25,851 nt of DNA, taken from NCBI RefSeq assembly GCF_006345805.1, contig NW_021825113.1, forward strand, positions 1 through 25,851, in the 5' to 3' direction. Below are positions 21,648 to 25,851 of the stretch, in pieces; position 1 is the first letter of the stretch, and each line of letters starts with the position of its first letter. The position numbers and the translations under genes were made by a program. Source of the DNA: Octopus sinensis. Its lineage: Eukaryota. The notes under the pieces are model-generated. The model did not search any database, was not told the origin of the DNA, and saw only the letters and a list, made by a program, of their open reading frames with translations.

Positions 21648-21740
21648 AACATCATCATCATCATCATCATCATCATCACAATCATCACCACCATCACCAC
21701 CGCGGCCACCACCACCACTATCATCATCGTCACGATCATA
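21648..21740. repeat. (CAT)n/(CAC)n microsatellite
   Basis: Direct reading. Confidence 0.93.
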
Positions 21741-22376
21741 GTGTGTAAGGTGTAGATATTGAAGAAATGAACTGAACTGAAAGTTAAAGAGCCGAGGCAG
21801 AAAAATAGAAGTACCGAACTGAAAGATTCACCTTATGTACTATCACATACGCACGCACATAGCCATTTCTTCGATGTTATCACCACACGCTACTATAACA
21901 AGTCAATCTTAGCATCTAATATATCTTGGAAGGAGGACTTTGTTTCGGTTTTTTTTTTGTTGTTCTGTGTTTTTTTTTTTTATTTTGGCGAAATAAAATA
22001 TTTTTTGATAAAAGGATTTTCAAGAAATGATAAATAAATATGCGAAAAGGAGAATAGGCTTTAGAAGAGAACGGAAAGAATAAAAGGATCGCTTAATCGT
22101 TTCCTTCTTTCTCTCTCTCTCTCTCTCTCTCATTCTCTCTCTATCTATCTATCTCTATCTATCTATCTATCTCTATCTCGCTTTCTCTTTCTCTTTCTCT
22201 CTCTCTCTCTCTCTTCCAGTTCTATTTTTATTTACATTTTTATTCCTTGCTTACCTATGAATGGCTATAGATGGATATGTGCATTTGCATGTGTGTGTGT
22301 GTGCGTGCGTGTGTGTGTGTGTGTGTGCGTGCGTATGTGTGTGTGTGTATGTGTGTGTGTGCACGCGTGTGTGTGT

Positions 22377-22450
22377 GAAGGCGCATGGCCTAGTGGTTAG
22401 GCAGTGTTGCAAGCACGATTGTGAGATCGTTGCTTCGATCCCCGGACCGG
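22377..22450 (+). mobile_element. Isolated SINE head B (tRNA-like) ending at (TA)n
   Basis: gaaggcgcatggcctagtggttagg..gcttcgatccccggaccgg. Confidence 0.75.
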
Positions 22451-22575
22451 TTATATATATATATATATATATTAATAGTAATGGAAAGATAACAGAACAA
22501 TGAATGAGACCTTGATATTATGTAAATAGAGGAATTTATCTGTAATATAATATGTGAAAATGATTCGGTTGCCAA

Positions 22576-22636
22576 AATAAGACTCCGAGTTTCGGATGTC
22601 GGAGGGGAGAACTGCTCCGGCATCTCGTCAGTTATC
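22576..22636 (-). ncRNA. Type I hammerhead ribozyme fold with intact core
   Basis: Minus strand: gataa (stem I), CTGACGA, gatgccggag/ctccgacatc (stem II, 9/10 pairs), one extra C, GAAA, act-cgg-agt (stem III), triplet GTC, ttatt (stem I, 4 WC + 1 GU). Confidence 0.8.
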
Positions 22637-22865
22637 GAGGTAATCAAAAAATGCTGTGATAATGACCGTTAAACAAAGGGAAATTACTATGTAATTGACC
22701 CTTATTAAAACAAAAGAGCTATTAGAATGACCGTTAAATAAGGGGAAAAAACCGAAGGGGAGAAAGTAAAAGAGATAGGAAGTAAAAATGCTCATAGAAA
22801 TCGCATTTGCGCGCATATACATACATACACATGCGCGCGCGCACATGCGTGTATATACATATGTA

Positions 22866-22985
22866 CTAGGGGGTACCCAAAAGTAACCGGAAACGTTCTC
22901 TTTGGGACAAGCCTGTTGTAGTTCGGGCTTCCGCTGCCAGAAGGCACTTGATATGAACCTCAGGCATCAGCCTCCCGACCAGCGT
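22866..22985 (+). mobile_element. Possible Tc1/mariner terminal fragment
   Basis: ta|ctagggggtacccaaaagtaaccggaa resembles tacgagggg-type mariner TIRs. No partner TIR was found. Confidence 0.4.
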
Positions 22986-23139
22986 CTTCGGGTGGTGTCG
23001 TACTGCTATGTGGTGTGTCTTTGTTTTATATATAAACTGTTCTGGAATAAATATAGAGAAACTCGCTGTTATATGCACAACATCAACACGCGTAATATTG
23101 GCGGAACATTCCCATCAAAACCCTGTCAAAGTAAACATA

Positions 23140-23182
<43 letters not shown>

Positions 23183-23185
23183 TAT

Positions 23186-23231
<46 letters not shown>

Positions 23232-23236
<5 letters not shown>

Positions 23237-23323
23237 TAATCCAAAAAGAAAAACAAAAAGACAACAACGCAAGGATGTGGAACAAATAAAGTATTATTGG
23301 ACGCTCAGGAAGAAGGGAAGAAG

Positions 23324-23325
<2 letters not shown>
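23232..23325. repeat. Fragment of a common cephalopod repeat between two (TA)n runs (possibly Penelope pLTR-derived)
   Basis: aaagttaatccaaa..caacaacgcaaggatgtggaacaaa..attattggacgctcaggaa; identified from recognition only. Confidence 0.35.
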
Positions 23326-23380
<55 letters not shown>

Positions 23381-23387
23381 ATATTAT

Positions 23388-24030
23388 AAAATAAATATAA
23401 GAGAGTGGTCACTATATGGCTCACTCTAGCACCAGTTAATCCAAAAGGTTTCAACCACTAAAAATACATGTTTCCCATGAAGTCAGTACGATTGTTAGCT
23501 CACACGGACAGGGCAAATAAAAATAACAAAATACAGATTATTTTGGGACAATTGTTTCGCTATTAATGAATTAAATGTAATTTTACTTACAAAAAAATCC
23601 ACTTGTAGCTCATCGGCCATAACTATCTGGATGAAATCCACTCAATCACACGCCAGATTTTACCATAACGATAAATACGCGTGTGGTTCAATTGATTACA
23701 TCCGACGTTATAATTCAAATGCCCCAACTAACAGCGCGCCAAACTTTCACGGAAAACAAATACAGCATTCAGAAATAAATGCAGCATAATTATAATTAAT
23801 TACAATCGTACTGACTTTCATGGGAAACATGTATTTTTAGTGGTTGAAACCTTTTGGATTAACTGGTGCTAGAGTGAGCCATATAGTGACCACTCTCTTA
23901 TATTTATTTTGTAAAAATATTATAATATATTATAAAATATTAATAATCCAGGTTTCTCGGAGCACTAGGCCACTTGGTGTGAATGGATAACTATTAAATT
24001 AGTATCTAATTCTCTCACCCTTATTAATTA

Positions 24031-24033
<3 letters not shown>
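23388..24033 (-). mobile_element. Non-coding Penelope-like remnant with ~108-bp inverted repeat and internal hammerhead
   Basis: 23388-23495 and 23802-23910 are reverse complements with one indel. The 306-bp spacer holds a hammerhead fold. The whole unit is bounded by (TA)n. Confidence 0.7.
23540..23623 (-). ncRNA. Type I hammerhead ribozyme fold with U4C core variant
   Basis: Minus strand: gttatgg (stem I), CCGATGA, gcta/tagc (stem II, 43-nt insert), GAAA, palindromic ac-aatt-gt, triplet GTC, ccaaaat (stem I, 6 of 7 pairs). Confidence 0.7.
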
Positions 24034-24072
<39 letters not shown>

Positions 24073-24254
24073 ATATCAATGTATGTATGCCTATACAATG
24101 ACACGTATAAATACACATACACACATACATATATACATATTTATGTACATAGATAAATGTACGTTTCTACATATATATGTATTTATATGTCCACATGTAG
24201 CAATTTATTTATATTTGTGTTTATATATACGTATGTGAGTGCATGTTGTATATG

Positions 24255-24287
<33 letters not shown>

Positions 24288-24309
24288 GAGGGGGAAGGAG
24301 GGAGGGAAA

Positions 24310-24315
24310 GGAAAG

Positions 24316-24357
<42 letters not shown>

Positions 24358-24358
24358 G

Positions 24359-24413
<55 letters not shown>
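24310..24413. repeat. (GATA)n microsatellite
   Basis: Direct reading. Confidence 0.96.
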
Positions 24414-24414
<1 letters not shown>

Positions 24415-24925
24415 ATGCATATATATATATAAGCTCATATAAACACACAAACACACACGCACATGCACACACACACATACACACACACACACACAGAGTA
24501 TGGAGCGAGAGGCAGAGGGGGGGAGGAGAGAAAGAGTGTGAAATACGGAATTTTTTCAGTGAACAAAGCGATGAAAATATTTTGACAATTTAAATTCAAA
24601 TGTTGAAGTGAATCCAACGGTTTTTGTGTGTTTCTTAAATGGCTTATAAACACTATCCACGCTGCAATTGTTTTCGTTTCAGCACACGATCTCAGATCAG
24701 GTCACTTGCTATGAAAATACATCTGCGTAACATACAACATAAATTCTTGCTTTATTTAAATTATCTCCCCTTCTAGATGATGTACCAATAATTAACAAAA
24801 GGTAAATAAGACCGACTCCAAATAAGAAGTGGGGGGGGGGGTAATTTCTAGAATGAAGTTGAAATACCATTAATAATATTATAGTCATATTGCGTGGATA
24901 TTGTAATATCGTAGTAATTTTTTTA

Positions 24926-25069
24926 TCTTTTACCTGTTTCAATCATTAGACTACGGCCATGCTGGGGCACCGCCTGGAAGAATTTTAGTAGAACGAGTCT
25001 ATTCCAGCACTTAGTTTTCCAAAGCCTAGTACTTATTTTGTCGGTTCCATTTGCCGAACCGCTAAGTTA
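24926..25069 (-). mobile_element. Diverged family C SINE tail fragment
   Basis: tttcaatcattagactacggccatgctggggcaccgcc..gccgaaccgctaagtta. Confidence 0.75.
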
Positions 25070-25178
25070 TTCAAAGAATGTTATAATATTGTACTAATAC
25101 AATAGTAATATTGTTGTATAGCAGTTATATAATCACCTTGCAATCTGTACTGAAGATACAAAGAATACCGAAACAGTG

Positions 25179-25250
25179 TCCTCTGTAGTATAGTGGTAAG
25201 TATCCCCGCCTGTCACGCGGGTGACCGGGGTTCGATTCCCCGCCGGGGAG
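25179..25250 (+). tRNA. trnD-GTC: tRNA-Asp (anticodon GTC)
   Basis: 72-nt cloverleaf matching eukaryotic tRNA-Asp. A-box 25186-25196, anticodon GTC 25212-25214, B-box GGTTCGATTCC 25229-25239. One acceptor-stem mismatch (T6:C67). Confidence 0.93.
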
Positions 25251-25256
25251 GTCCAG

Positions 25257-25266
25257 TTTTTTTTTT
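25257..25266 (+). terminator. RNA polymerase III oligo-T terminator
   Basis: T10 run 6 nt downstream of the tRNA. Confidence 0.8.
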
Positions 25267-25327
25267 AAAGGCGATGCTCCAGCATGGCCACAGTCAAATG
25301 ATTGAAACAAGTAAAAGAGTAAAAGAG
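25267..25327 (+). mobile_element. Terminal 60 bp of family C SINE tail
   Basis: aaaggcgatgctccagcatggccacagtcaaatgattgaaacaagtaaaagagtaaaagag. Confidence 0.85.
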
Positions 25328-25851
25328 AGAGAGAGTCTGTTTGCAAGTATAGAGATTAATAAATATGAAATTCATAAAGAAATGGTTTGTTTTTAAATAA
25401 ATATTTTAAGTACAATATATTAGAAAATTTAAGAAAATTCAATGGTTTTATCTACACTGTTAAAAGCCTCGCAAGCTTCCCTCTCGTTTGTAAAAAGTAA
25501 ATGACCCCTTCATAACAAATCTTCTGTCTAGAAGTAAAGGGTGTCACTTCTGATTGGGTGCTTTTTTGCGTAAGGATGTCGAGGCATGTGCAACTTATAA
25601 ACGATAGTCAGAAAATAATGGAAAACCACCCTTTAGGTACGTTCTGGGCTCAAATGCGTACACGCACACACAGACACACGCACACACACACATACACACA
25701 CACACACATACATGCACACACACATACACATGTTAAAAACAGAAAATTTCCTGTATTTGAATTTCGATCGATTTTTCTGCCTCTTAACAAAGAAAAGAAA
25801 ATGCATTTATTACATTTACCATCATTACTATTTCTAAACTACATGTAGTTC

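Noticed and set aside
21648-21740. (CAT)n as the tail of a minus-strand RTE element
   Set aside because: The adjacent sequence does not match the gtttaacgtccg end seen for the RTE-like copy at 9470-9776.
25145-25188. Hammerhead-like CTGAAGA..GAAACAGTGTC overlapping the tRNA 5' end
   Set aside because: Neither stem I nor stem II can pair, and the cut would fall inside the tRNA acceptor stem. Treated as a chance match.

Overview
AT-rich, microsatellite-dense animal genomic DNA that looks intergenic or intronic. The repeat families are ones I recognise from Octopus/coleoid cephalopod genomes; this is recognition, not a database result. No intact protein-coding gene is recognisable, and almost all ORFs in the track are microsatellite or low-complexity artefacts. 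Supported content: two decayed Tc1/mariner elements (one a foldback derivative), a 5'-truncated Penelope-like element with a frameshifted GIY-YIG endonuclease ORF and an inverted terminal duplication, about a dozen tRNA-derived SINE copies or fragments built from shuffled head/tail modules, a head-to-tail tandem of non-autonomous Helitrons, a solo LTR with a 4-bp TSD, probable RTE and Dong/R4 LINE 3' ends, and one near-intact tRNA-Asp(GTC) gene. The most notable signal is a set of four unrelated type I hammerhead ribozyme folds (8232-8359 +, 8911-8970 +, 22576-22636 -, 23540-23623 -) plus two decayed candidates. Two of the four are linked to Penelope-style inverted-tail structures, which suggests several non-coding ribozyme-bearing retroelement families.
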